A stretch of 63,764 nucleotides of DNA, filler included, from Octopus bimaculoides (GCF_001194135.2; 6 parts of 6 records of this genome joined end to end with filler, not necessarily neighbours in it), one strand, 5' to 3'; positions 37,714 through 51,266 are shown, counted from the first letter of the whole stretch. Notes: generated by a model from the letters alone, not told the origin. A program made the numbers and translations.

Positions 37714-39515
37714 CTTCAAAAATAAAATGTCATCCAATTTGCAATGATCCAATCTAATAATCAGTCTAATCTCTAGTCCATTGTTGTATTGTGATGAAAC
37801 TTGAGTACCAAACTGTACAAAGCCTAAGTTGCAGTCCTTCCCTTAGACAAACATTAGTGGCACAGAAAGATTTTCATATAGAGGCAATGGCCAATCTTCC
37901 TCAAAAGTCTGCTCAACCTGCACATACATGTGTAGATGAAATGGTCAACTTTGACAGATGAATGAATATTGATGAATGGTCCGTCTTGACTAACAGAGAC
38001 CCTATAAAAAGGCTGAGATAGTTCTGCTCATGTTTTCAAAAAAAAATTCTTGTTCTTTTAATTTACAAAACCTTATGAGCATGTATACCATGTTTCAAAC
38101 TATTTTCTAATCTGTCTTAATCTGGTTATGTAAATTATGTATTACTCTACAAAACCGGTACCACTTTTAGAAATAAATAAATCCTTAAAATTTCTATAGT
38201 TAAAACTTTCTCCCTTCTATTAAACACACACACACAACATATTCCTTGTCCCACACCTTCACCACCTATAACCTGCCAAATCATGATGCTTGAGTGGTAG
38301 TGAGATTGTCCTCTGGTTAACCTTTACCCACCCTCCCTGATTCTCCTGCCACTACACTCTCTTGGACATGTTAACTTGAACACACACCCTAGCCCCTCAT
38401 CATCATTTTATTTTTCCTTCATGCACCACTCTAACCATCCATGTATAACATGGGGTAGCACTATTTCTCCTATTCAACCCTCCCCACTGGCCCTATCACT
38501 CTCACTAACCCCTGATACTACTTTCCTTTCCCCCACTTCGCTAACACTGTCTCTCTTTTCAGTCCTACTGTATGCTACCTTGGGCAATTGTTTATTTCTT
38601 TAATTCTGGACTGTCTATTATCTTATGAGTGAATTTCATAAGCTGGAACTGTACGAAGCCTGTCATGTGTGCACAAATGTTTACATTCTATGTTCTTAAT
38701 ACAAATAAAGCATTGAGTTACAACTGGTAAAGTTTGTTGACATTTCCCCTGTCAATAAATTATCAGCTGATTTGCACTTACAAAGACATGTGGAATAAGA
38801 GATCCTTTCTTTGAAAAATAAAAAAAAGGGTTAGTGACAGGAAGACCATCCAGCTATAAAACAATGCCTCAATAATATGTCTTTCGTGGATTTGGTTGAT
38901 AACCGTTTGTATCCTAGTGTATAAATTCACAACTCTGACTATCATAAGAGGCGACTACATGGGTTGGCAACAGCAACAGTTTCCATCACTACCCAACACA
39001 AGTCAATATGGAAAAGCAGATATAAAACAAAAATGGAACTCAGTACGTCTTTTTCATCATCATCATTGTTTTAACATCCACTTTTTCATGCTTGCATGGG
39101 TTGGATGGAGTTTACTGAAGTAGATTTTCTTTAACCAGATGATCTTACGTCATTCCAAGCAAGGTACTATTTTTCCATGACCAGACAACACATTCACATA
39201 TATACATATGACAGGCTTCTTACAGTTTCTGTCTATTAAGATTTTGGTTAATCTGGGGACATAGTAAGAAGACACTTGTCCAAGTTGCCTCAAATAGGAC
39301 TGAACCTGAAACCATGTGGTTGAGAAGCAAACATCTTACCACATAACCATGCCTGCACCTATATCTTAATGCTTTGATATTTTTGAAATACAACAATATA
39401 TCCCAGGTGTTTTCTTAAAGAACAGTTTAAAAACAAATAAGGCATATCAAACAGAAAAATCGAATTAAAGACAAAAGACAAATGGAAATTTCATTGTTAT
39501 GTCAAAGTAACATGT

Positions 39516-39521
39516 TTTATT
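39516..39521 (-). promoter_or_regulatory. Candidate polyadenylation signal of DCUN1D3
   Basis: AATAAA followed by GT/T-rich sequence at the end of a repeat-poor 2.7-kb stretch downstream of the stop codon. Confidence 0.35.
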
Positions 39522-41582
39522 GTGTGGGCCAAGTATCATCTGTGGAGACAAAGAGGCTAAAGTCGAATTAACTCGAGCAAACAAGCTTGGTCATGCACAC
39601 AAATACTCACACATGCATACATACACACACACAACCACCCACACAAATAAATAAAACCAGACAAAACAAAATAAACATAGTCCAATATCTGAACAGCAAC
39701 CATGATGAGGCTGTGAGACTTGTTGCAGAAATAGCCTGCTGGTTAGTTGAAACCACTGAAGAAGATTGTCACATCGGGACAGACCAAAGAGGAAAAAAAA
39801 AAAACCCAAGGTTGGAAATGTATAGAACATTTGTCCAAATTGTTTAAAATGTATTCTCATTACTATTACTGTAATAGGTTGACTAATTATATATAGTCAT
39901 ATTATTATTATTCTATTTATCCAATTAGTAGTAACTAAAATTAGATAGGGCTTACTAGTCATACATAGTCTTATACAATCTATAATTAAAAGCCATAGTT
40001 CCTGCACAATTTTAGATTGGAAAAGGAGTCACAGTAAACCCAAATATTGGAGTCTGTCAGTGTTTATTACAGTAAGAAATATTGCCAATCTGGTGAATAA
40101 GAAAGCTAGAAAGTGGCCTGTGGTTATGGTGTGGTGCTGGTGCCAAAACACAAACCAACAGATCACAACTGATGCCAGTCCTTAGTTATCTTGGATATAA
40201 GAACAGTAATTTCAAAGAATCGTAGTATGTTAGAGCTAGCTCTGACATATTAAGCATGTGTGTGTGTGTGTGTGTGTGTAGAATAAAAGTAGAAAAGCAT
40301 AAATTTCACAGTTTATAATTTAATTACTTTCAACAGCTGTTTCATTAGAAATAAACATCATTAATTCCACACTTACACAATTAAGATGCAGAATCGATTA
40401 GTATATATTAAATCAAATTAATCTGAAGCTATGTTTATCCCAGCATCAGCCTATGGTTAGCATAGACCATATTCCTGATGATTTTGGATAAGCATTGCTT
40501 TAAATTAATTATGTATCTAAATTATATAATTATGGAATTAATGATGTTCATTCCTAATGAAACAGCCGTTGAAAGTAATTAAATCCCAAACTATCAGTTA
40601 AATTTATGCTTTCCTGCATTTTATTCTAAATATATATAGCTCTTAATGATCATTTTAGCCAATTATAATACAAGCTTCTTCCACTGGATTTACTGCAATG
40701 TTATGTGTCGGAACTTAACAACCTAATTATTGAGTTTGATATAGTCTTTCATGTTTTATACATAATTTCTTTTTATGTGGATAGTTATGTATATGCGTGT
40801 GTGTGTGTGTGTGTGTGTGTGCACGTGTACGTGCGTGCGCATGTAATCATAAGAGGTTACAAAGCTGTTGGGCATTTGAAGATGGCCTAACTGATCCATT
40901 CTGCTCCACCCCTCACCATATGCTGCTAAACTCTCACTCATTGTCCCCAACTATTTGCTAGCATATGACAATGTCCACACACACTGGGCAAGGACCAATA
41001 TAAGTGAGAGTAGCATACTAGTACTTGGAGCAGCCTGTTGATCAGGAATCTATAAGAAGATCCCCTCTATATTCTGGATATTGCTGCCATGGCTGAAAGA
41101 ACAGGAGATCTTACTGTTTTACTATTAAAATATAAATCAGAAAGTACCCAAAGAATTCTACATTGATGTAGGAAATGATTTCCTAAATTGATGACGATGT
41201 TGGGATTCACTTTAATGAGGATGATGATGATACTAGTTGTTTGATAAATCATGAAAGATGTATTTCAATAACGAAAGGTTTGGGAGAAAAGTAGGGCCTT
41301 TCTAATTTATGGAGTAACCCTTCATTTTTAAATGGGAGGTGTAGATTTACGAAAGTAAAGGGCATTTAGAAAATTTATTTGGATATTTAAAACAACAATA
41401 AAAAAGGTAAATGAAAATAAATACAAATGATAATTTGAAAAATTATATTGTGTATTTGAAGATTTGATGGCGGACGGCTAACAAATTCTCAATATTTTAT
41501 AAGAATAGTAAAGAAAATCTGAAAACAGTTTAGTCCAAAGTAAAAATTGGATTGGGGGAATATGCCTGGAAAGGCAGAAAGT

Positions 41583-41616
<34 letters not shown>

Positions 41617-42243
41617 GTCATAGCAAGACAACTTTTCAGACCACAGCTAAAAGAATCTGGGAGAAGTGGCTGTGCTAGTTGAAAGAAGACACAGACCCTG
41701 CATACGTACATGCACAGATATGCATACAGACAGACACACACACACACACACACACACAACACAACAGAGAGAAGAAACAGAGGTGGAAGTCATTTAGTTC
41801 TCAGAATTATGTTGTCATAAGACATTAATTTGCTAATAAATAATTTGGACAATGCAAAACTGGAAACAAATTTGTGCAGAGACAGAAAGAATTTATGGGA
41901 GGGGAGCAGAGAAAGAGGATAGAGGAGAGGGAGAAAAAATGCACCAATGAGGGGAAGTGCACTTTGGTGTTGACAACTGACACAGCCCCCTTTATTTTAA
42001 GCCCAACTATGTCACACACTGACCTTTTAGATAAAGTACCAATTACNNNNNNNNNNNNNNNNNNNNNNNNNNNNNNNNNNNNNNNNNNNNNNNNNNNNNN
42101 NNNNNNNNNNNNNNNNNNNNNNNNNNNNNNNNNNNNNNNNNNNNNNNNNNNAAAATAGCAACATGTGATGAAACATAGTAATTGGGGTGGGGTGGGGTGT
42201 TTGGGGAGAGTTTATCAATCTATTGACTAGATAGAAAGAACAC

Positions 42244-43161
42244 TCAGTCAGTTTTCACATTCTGATTTCTGAAATCGTTTTCATACTCAACAAAGTCATC
42301 AAACAGACTTGGCCAAGCTTCTGTGTCATCATATGCAGATAGGTCATCCCCAACTTGTTCAGTGAAATTTAAAAACATGTCCCAGGTGTCTTTTGGAATG
42401 CCTCTGATGTCAGGATGCTTGGCAAGGAAATCTAGCCAATGTTTAAGGATTGGAGGTTCTGTCCGAGTGAATATAAGTTTCCAAAGAATTATAGCCATAT
42501 CTATTGGCAAAGTCCTTTGCCCAGATTCTAGCCCAAATTTGTACGTCCATCGATAGAAATCTCGAAAATTCTGCTTGTTTTGAACTTCTAAGAGAAGGTC
42601 ATTAAATTTAGAGCGAATCCCTTTGACAGAATCAACTTTGAGACATTTACAACCTTGAACAAACTCCTCTCTTGTAAAGCAGCACATTGTTGCAGCCTGG
42701 AATTTCCAGGCTAAGATCAACACAATAAATTCTTCAGGTTTTACATCCAGGTCCTTACAAAATGTTTCAATTCCTTCGGCAAGAATCATATCATGGCTAA
42801 TATCACGGTAAGTTTCAAACAAGTTATGAATATCCTGCTCAGAGTAATCTCGGCAGAGCAATGACAAACGTTTGCTGTCTCCATTGGCTTGTTTTTTAAT
42901 GGGTGGGATTTTGGAGTAGGTAGGAAACATTTTCTTGCCCGACGCTTCAGCTGAAGAAGGATTTGGTGTTTTGCTTGAGCTGCTAAGCTGAGATTTGTAG
43001 TTAGCGCTTGAGGTTTGCGAACGTTTAGCTTCCTTCGATTGACTATTTTCTTGGCTTTTATTGTTGTCACCCCCACCAACAGCAAGTCCACTAAGGTTGT
43101 CATCACAGGAAGAATTAGAACTGGAGTTAACTGGCTCACAACAAGACAAGCACTTCCCCAT
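42244..43161 (-). CDS. DCUN1D3: DCN1-like protein 3 (cullin neddylation co-E3), complete CDS in one exon
   Basis: 305-aa ORF. PONY domain motifs LAWKFQAATMCCFTREEF, YRWTYKFGLESGQRTL, DTWDMFLNF and EAWPSLFDDFVEY. No UBA domain. N-terminal MGKCLSCC lipidation motif as in DCNL3. Confidence 0.96.
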   Translation of the reverse strand: MGKCLSCCEPVNSSSNSSCDDNLSGLAVGGGDNNKSQENSQSKEAKRSQTSSANYKSQLSSSSKTPNPSSAEASGKKMFPTYSKIPPIKKQANGDSKRLSLLCRDYSEQDIHNLFETYRDISHDMILAEGIETFCKDLDVKPEEFIVLILAWKFQAATMCCFTREEFVQGCKCLKVDSVKGIRSKFNDLLLEVQNKQNFRDFYRWTYKFGLESGQRTLPIDMAIILWKLIFTRTEPPILKHWLDFLAKHPDIRGIPKDTWDMFLNFTEQVGDDLSAYDDTEAWPSLFDDFVEYENDFRNQNVKTD

Positions 43162-43205
43162 TAGAATAGGCTCAAACTAAACAGTTCTTAGTAGGGGTTT
43201 CAAAC

Positions 43206-43230
43206 CTGTAAAATAAACATAAAATAAAAA
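43206..43230 (-). promoter_or_regulatory. 3' splice acceptor upstream of the DCUN1D3 coding exon
   Basis: TTTTTATTTTATGTTTATTTTACAG|GTTTG. The exon starts at 43205, leaving 44 nt of 5' UTR before the ATG. Confidence 0.8.
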
Positions 43231-43973
43231 TAATTAGAACAAAGATATTAAAGTTTCATTAACATTTTTATACATGTACATTATCAGGAAATAAAATAGG
43301 TCTTAAAAATATTTAGATTAAATATTTTCTGTTCACAAGACATATCTTAGCCCTTTCTCTCTCTCTCACACACACCTTACATCAATTGGTTTATGTCCCA
43401 GGTACTTTATGTTTCTAGTTCATCTGATGCAATTATGATCAAGATAGCTGTGGTTTTAGTGATATTAATGAAAATGATTATGATGATGATATGAAACCAA
43501 ATTTGTATATAACCAAAGATTAGAAATATAATTGGTGTGATATTTTCTGACATAACCACCAGGAATTACTATTTCCAAAGAAAAGCACAGTTTCCATTGA
43601 GCATTACCATTTCTTATAACACCCAGCTTAACATTTTCTAAGGTTTAGATTGTACCAAATTACCTGAAACCTCATGTACTCATGTATTCAACCAAAATTA
43701 CAGTATTGCACGAAGGAAAATCTCCATAATATTGAGTCAAATATTTGTCTCAAACTCTAGCTTAATAAAATTATTTTACTAACCTTTCAAAATAATTAAG
43801 TAATTAATATTTAATCAAATCAATGAGTTTACAGCAGTGACAAAGATAGAATTTTACCCTCACTCTCCAAAATAACATAGAACTTATAAAGTCCTGCCCA
43901 TTTTGCCACCTTTTAGCTACAGTAATGGACTGAAGGAAGTTTTCTACATTTTGAAACAGAGTCACAAAAGGGT

Positions 43974-44189
43974 TTAAACCTTTTATTATTGTATTTTTGT
44001 GGAAATATATTGCCTTTATTTCAATTAATTTTTAAAATGAAGAATTTATTAAAATAATTGTCATTATTAAGCTGGAACAAATTATGAAAAACTGATGGAA
44101 AGTTTTTAATTAAGGTCATTTTAAAGTATTAATTTGTATCATAGACCCAGGGGTAGTGATCATGGACAGGTTGGTATCAAAAGGGTTAG
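43974..44189. mobile_element. piggyBac-like MITE (same family as the 30802 and 32107 blocks)
   Basis: Degenerate TTAA-CC(C)TTT...GGTATCAAAAGGGTTA ends. The body resembles 30802-30980. Confidence 0.55.
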
Positions 44190-44951
44190 TATTTCCATTC
44201 TCCTATAGCATCATCAAAGTTGTTGTTTATGATACTCAAAATATCTGGCTTTCTCACATTTATATATAATAGTCACTCGATTATTTAACCATCTGAAAAA
44301 TGCCACAATCCAGTACACTGAAAATACCAACAAGTCATTTTACTCCTTCATAACTATAGTTATGGTAGGATTATTTTTAATTAGTAAATAAAAAATTACT
44401 AAAATAGTGAAGGTTTGTAATGATTATTGTTGGAAATTATGAGTGGCTTGTTGGCAGTCAGTTTTTGTTTGAATTATTCTTGTTTAAAAGTGAAACCTGA
44501 GGAAACAGAAATGACCAGCTGAATAAAAAAAAAATAATAATAATAATAGTTGTCATCATCATCATCAGAACACCATTGATCTGACCTGGCGCTAAACAAC
44601 AACATGCAGTAATAGATTTAGTGGCAGTGCTAATAAATCAGTGTCAACATATTACATTTATAATTGCTTATTCGACTTAGCAGTATTTAATGAGAGACTC
44701 GGTCAGTCCAGTATGGCTCTAAACAATGTAACAATATTCTTCAAATGAAGTGTTTGTGGGAAGTGTGATGGAGAGCAGCAGAGACGATGCTGGCTTCAAC
44801 AGGTGACACATGGTTGTAAGCAATGAGCTTCACATTTTAAGTGGTCTTTCAGTTTTTAATTTTTTTCCTAATGGTGGTGTACAAAGAAACTTCTGTTAGT
44901 TGTTTGTTTTGATCTATGCATCAAATCAATCAACAAACTGTTTAATATATT

Positions 44952-45040
<89 letters not shown>

Positions 45041-45944
45041 CAAACATAGGTTCATATCATACAATTTAGAACATACTAGCATAAAAGATGGAGGTAACTG
45101 TGACCTGAAGATCAAATGGAACCTGATTCAGATTGGATGGTTGACATTAGTTTATTAACATGAGGTTTAGTTTGTAGTCTAATAATAATTAACTGATCAA
45201 AATTTGTGGCTAATAATAAATTGTGGGTTAATAATAATTAACTGATCAAAATTTCATAAGCCTTAAAGTGGTGGATAATTTTCTTCCACCAATTTTGTTA
45301 ATTTCAAGATATTCAAAGAAGATGGGGTGGTACATTGTGATCAAACAAACATTTCTCAAGAGTAGACTAAATATTTGAAAGAAGCCTCAAAAAGTAGTTA
45401 TTTGAAACCTGTTTCAAATAGATGACAAATATCCTTCAAATCACAGCCTGTCATCTAAAGAAAGGAAGAGCATATTCAACAATGCAGTTTTAAATATACT
45501 TGAACTGAATAAAAGATGAGATGGTCATGGTCAGAATGTCTTTGACCAAAGGCTGGCTTTATCAAAGCAAACCTACAGGTTAAACCCAACTAAAATGTGA
45601 TAATCCTCACAGAGCAAAAATGTAGAAATATTATTTTAGATTAGCTTTCTCATCAAAATTTTTATGTTCATGGTGCAAAGATATTTTGGGGGATATTCTT
45701 AATGAGTGATTTAATTAACCTTTAATTTGCTGTGATTAGGTTACACAACTTTTATTAGCTAAATGAACACCTACATGTTACATCACCTAAACATTCTATG
45801 TCTGGTTTACACCACACCTCATTATTCCACTTTCTTTTTAAACTACTATCTCTAGTGATATTTCCTGTTATCCTTGAGTTTCGGGTTTTGGACATGGTTT
45901 TCTAGGCTAATAAAAGTTTTGGATTACAAAATAAAATTTGCTCA

Positions 45945-46176
45945 AATACTACACAAATGGCTCCTCTGCCTGATCTAACCCTTCAACTAGATTGGAAGTA
46001 TTAGATGATGAGAGAGAAAGTTAAGTAGTGTTTCTTGAACTAACAACCTTTAAGGCTACCAATACTACACAAATGGCTCCTCTGCCTGATCTAACCCTTC
46101 AACTAGATTGGAAGTATTAGATTATGAGAGAGAAAGTTAAGTAGTGTTTCTTGAACTAACAATCTTTAAGGCTACC
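45945..46176. repeat. 116-bp tandem duplication of unique sequence
   Basis: Units start at 45945 and 46061, with two mismatches. Confidence 0.93.
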
Positions 46177-47439
46177 ACTCCAAAATGTGAAAACCACCCA
46201 GTTATAAGTTGTTTTGTAGGAAAGGAAATTTAGATGTTCTGTCAAGTCAATATAAAGAATTAGAAAACTTATGAATTAATGGGGAATTAATTGCAAGGCC
46301 GTACACTCTAGATAAGGTCTTCTCATGGCCATCTATCAAATCATAACTGTTTGAATAAAGGATTAAATTAGACCAAGGGGTAACACTGGTTTTGGTCTAG
46401 CTTGTTTCTAGTTATTTTTAAAGTTGCAAAGTCAGATTGATTTTTTTTTTCCAGATTTATATGTGAATGGGTCATAGCTGTAGAGTTAAATAATGTTTAC
46501 CTGCTGCAGGTGAAACTGTTATCATTCAGGAGAACAGAAGAAAAGACACTGACCAAAACAATCTAACTTGTAATGCCAACATTTAAAATATTGACACCAA
46601 GTTAAATAACATCTTTATTCAATAATAACCGATATACATATTGGCTGCTTTCTCCAGTTACTCTTGAAAATATTAGTTGTCTTGCTCTAAGTATTAAACC
46701 CGCTTCAACAATCTGTTTAGTATATTTACATAGAGAAAGAGATCATGGGTATATAAAGAGAGGGAGAGAGAGACTAAAAAGAGATACAGAGAGAGAATTA
46801 ACATAAGCAGTGTAAAGATGAGAGTCACAACTTTCTGTAAAATACTATAGAAATTCTATAGAAGTTGTAGCCAGTACTGATTTTTGCTACAATGTTTTGT
46901 ATCAAGATGTCAGATCTACATAAACTATGGGATTGAAGACAAAAATGTGTAATGAGTGTATATGCCATATTTCAGGGGTTTTTTTCCCTTCATGAACATC
47001 CATCTAACCCATTCCTGCCTCTGAACACATTTGCTTATGTAGCCATCACATACACCTGTGTTATTGGATATACCAATTTACATATCAAAACACATTCCTG
47101 GAATGGTACGTAAAGACTAATGATTTATAGGTATGTGGTATGAGTTTAATATGTAAATTGGTATATCCAATAACTTAACACCACTGTATGTAGTAGCTAT
47201 ATAAGCAATGTGTTTGGAGGCGAGAATGAATTACATGGGTGCTGATGAAGAGGCAAAACCCCCCAAAATATAGTGTATACACTCATTAGTCATTTTTGTC
47301 TTCGATCTATATTATTTCTTTACATCTGACATCTTGCTAAAAATCAGTGCTGGCTATAATTTCTATACAATATCTGTAGAAATAACCTTAAATAATATGT
47401 GTGTGTGTGTGTGTGTGTGTGTATGTGGTCGTTGCCAGC

Positions 47440-47620
47440 CAGTGGCACGTAAAAACAACCAATACATTCTCTGAGTGATTGGCATTAGGAAGGGCATCCA
47501 GCTGTAGAAACACTGCCAGATCAGACTGGAGACTGGTGCAGCCTCCTGGCTTCCCCAACCCCAGTCAAACCGTCCAACCCATGACAGCATGGAAAACAGA
47601 TGTTAATTGATGATGATGAT
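47440..47620 (+). mobile_element. Family-B (RTE-tail) retroposon
   Basis: AGGAAGGGCATCCAGCTGTAGAAAC...CCGTCCAACCCATGACAGCATGG...(GAT)n. Confidence 0.8.
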
Positions 47621-47631
47621 ATCTATGTCTA

Positions 47632-47688
<57 letters not shown>

Positions 47689-47975
47689 ATTTATGCATGT
47701 GTATATATATGTATGCATATATATGTATATCTATATATATATGTATACATATATATATGGGAGAATTTACGAAAAAAAAACAAACGAGGACAGGTGGTGT
47801 AAACAACAAAAGGATGTATTAATTTAACGCTCGGGAATACAGAAAGTCTTTAATGTTTCGAGCTACGCTCTTCAACAGAAAGAATAAAGAGAAAACAAGG
47901 AGAAAAACACGGAGAAAAAAAATTGAATGTTGTGGTCAGTGATCTATCATGATGTGTACATATGTATATATGCAT

Positions 47976-48011
<36 letters not shown>

Positions 48012-48201
48012 GTATATATACACATACACACATATATATATGTATACATATATACACATACACACATATATATATATATACATATATACACATACACACA
48101 TATATATATATATACATATATATACACACAGATATATACATATATAAATATATACACATATATATAGATATATACATATATAAATATATACNNNNNNNNN
48201 N

Positions 48202-50308
48202 ACGTCCGCTTTCCATGCTAGCATGGGTTGGACGATTTGACTGAGGACTGGTGAAACCAGATGGCTACACCAGGCTCCAATCTGATTTGGCAGAGTTTCT
48301 ACAGCTGGATGCCCTTCCTAACGCCGACCACTCAGAGAGTGTAGTGGGTGCTTTTACGTGCCACCGGCACGAAGGTCAGTCAGGCGGTACTGGCAACGGC
48401 CATGCTCAAAATGGTGTATTTTATGTGCTACCCACACAAGAGCACTGGCAATGATCCCGCTCGAAAGTCCTTACACATGCCGCAAGCACAAGTGCCAGAA
48501 AGGCGACGCTGGGCACAGGTGCCATCACGATTTTGCTTGCCCCAATAAGTCTTCGCAAGCTGAGTTTTGTGTCCCAATGAAGAAGACGATGTTGGCATGG
48601 GTGCCAGTCATCGAATTTAACTCGATTTCAATTTCACTTGCCTCAGCAGGTCTTCGCAAGTGGAGTTTAGTGTCCAATTTAACTCGATTTCGATTTCACT
48701 TGCCTCAATAGGTCTTCGCAAGTGGAGTTTAGTGTCCAATGAAAGAAGGTATGCATAAGTCTCGGTCAGAAGTCAACGCCTCGGTGAGGCCCAATGTTTG
48801 AAGGTCGTGCCCCACCACCTCATCCCAGGTCTTCCTGNNNNNNNNNNNNNNNNNNNNNNNNNNNNNNNNNNNNNNNNNNNNNNNNNNNNNNNNNNNNNNN
48901 NNNNNNNNNNNNNNNNNNNNNNNNNNNNNNNNNNNNNNNNNNNNNNNNNNNNNNNNNNNNNNNNNNNNNNNNNNNNNNNNNNNNNNNNNNNNNNNNNNNN
49001 NNNNNNNNNNNNNNNNNNNNNNNNNNNNNNNNNNNNNNNNNNNNNNNNNNNNNNNNNNNNNNNNNNNNNNNNNNNNNNNNNNNNNNNNNNNNNNNNNNNN
49101 NNNNNNNNNNNNNNNNNNNNNNNNNNNNNNNNNNNNNNNNNNNNNNNNNNNNNNNNNNNNNNNNNNNNNNNNNNNNNNNNNNNNNNNNNNNNNNNNNNNN
49201 NNNNNNNNNNNNNNNNNNNNNNNNNNNNNNNNNNNNNNNNNNNNNNNNNNNNNNNNNNNNNNNNNNNNNNNNNNNNNNNNNNNNNNNNNNNNNNNNNNNN
49301 NNNNNNNNNNNNNNNNNNNNNNNNNNNNNNNNNNNNNNNNNNNNNNNNNNNNNNNNNNNNNNNNNNNNNNNNNNNNNNNNNNNNNNNNNNNNNNNNNNNN
49401 NNNNNNNNNNNNNNNNNNNNNNNNNNNNNNNNNNNNNNNNNNNNNNNNNNNNNNNNNNNNNNNNNNNNNNNNNNNNNNNNNNNNNNNNNNNNNNNNNNNN
49501 NNNNNNNNNNNNNNNNNNNNNNNNNNNNNNNNNNNNNNNNNNNNNNNNNNNNNNNNNNNNNNNNNNNNNNNNNNNNNNNNNNNNNNNNNNNNNNNNNNNN
49601 NNNNNNNNNNNNNNNNNNNNNNNNNNNNNNNNNNNNNNNNNNNNNNNNNNNNNNNNNNNNNNNNNNNNNNNNNNNNNNNNNNNNNNNNNNNNNNNNNNNN
49701 NNNNNNNNNNNNNNNNNNNNNNNNNNNNNNNNNNNNNNNNNNNNNNNNNNNNNNNNNNNNNNNNNNNNNNNNNNNNNNNNNNNNNNNNNNNNNNNNNNNN
49801 NNNNNNNNNNNNNNNNNNNNGCTACCACCGTTCTTCCAGTCCCTCCAAGCCTGTTTCTTTTGTCTAATAGCCCTGTCAACAACATTGTTCCACCACCACG
49901 TTATTTTGGGTCGAGAGGGGACTTTGCACCATCCACAGATCTGGTCAGTGGCCCTCAGCAGGTTGTCCTGTAGAAACGTCCAGTTGTCTTCTACATCGTG
50001 TGAAGCTACTTCCCCTTCTAATTCGTCAAAGGCCTCAAGTAATAAGTCTCTAAATCTCTGTCCATTCGCAGGATCTTTGAGCTTCCAGACCCTTCTCCTC
50101 CAAGCTGGTCGTCTCCTGGGCAACCACTTGGCCCTAATTCTGAAGTCACTAACTACTAGTCTATGTTGTGGAGTACATTCTTCGCCAGGGAATGTTTTGG
50201 CATTTATAAGCAGCCATCTTTCCCTTCTTCTGGTAAGGATGTAGTCAATTTGGCTAGAGTGTCTGCCAGAACGGTAGGTGACTAGCTGACTGGCAGGTTT
50301 CCTGAAGT
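48202..50308 (-). mobile_element. RTE-clade LINE (endonuclease end to 3' UTR; RT region hidden in an N gap)
   Basis: 49821-50308 encodes ...SQIDYILTRRRERWLLINAKTFPGEECTPQHRLVV...WKLKD (APE C-terminus). 48750-48837 encodes RKTWDEVVGHDLQTLGL. A roughly 550-bp 3' UTR ends in the family-B tail. Confidence 0.88.
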
Positions 50309-51024
50309 NNNNNNNNNNNNNNNNNNNNNNNNNNNNNNNNNNNNNNNNNNNNNNNNNNNNNNNNNNNNNNNNNNNNNNNNNNNNNNNNNNNNNNNNNNNN
50401 NNNNNNNNATGAATATGAATATATGACAGGCTTCTTTCAGTTTCTGCCTACCAAATCCACTCAGAAGACTTTAGCTGGCTCGAGACTATAGAAGCAGACA
50501 CTTGCTAAAAGTACCATGCATTGGGAGTGGACCTGGAACCATGTTGTTGGGAAAAAAACTTCTTACCACACAGCCATGCTTATGTCTATGATGGCAACAC
50601 TTTTTTTCTTTTTGTTAATTTCAGATTCTATTTGCTTTGCCTTACACCAACCCATCATCAATTGTCATCCATTTTCTAGCTATAAAGGCCAAGGAACAAA
50701 CAGTGATGTGGTTAAATAGAGACGAAATGTTAAAAAAAAACATTTTTCAAGAACATTAGGCGTTCAGCTACTGTTTTCACTGCTGCCTCATTTTCACACG
50801 GCAATAGTGATGGTGGAAAGAATGGTTGAGAAGGGCTTTATTTCAACTACTGTAAATATGAGTTAACATGGCTACATTAATGTTCCTCTCTCTCCTCCAC
50901 AGTACAACTACAGTATTTATAGCTATGACACAATAGTCAAACTATGAGGACTAACAACTAAAAGAGTAAACAATATTGAATTTCATCATAACATTGTATA
51001 AGATTTCAGAATTCCCAAAACACT

Positions 51025-51216
51025 CTTTTACTTGTTTCAGTCATTTGGCTGCGGCCATGCTGGAGCACCACCTTTAGTCGAGCAAAACGACCCTGGGACT
51101 TATTCTTTGTAAGCCTAGTACTTATTCTATCAGTCTCTTTTTGCCGAACCGCTAAGTGACGGGGACATAAACACACCAGCATCGGTTGTCAAGCAATGCT
51201 AGGGGGGCAAACACAG

Positions 51217-51266
<50 letters not shown>

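Noticed and set aside
44349-44364. 16-bp palindrome CATAACTATAGTTATG
   Set aside because: About one palindrome of this length is expected by chance in 64 kb of AT-rich DNA.
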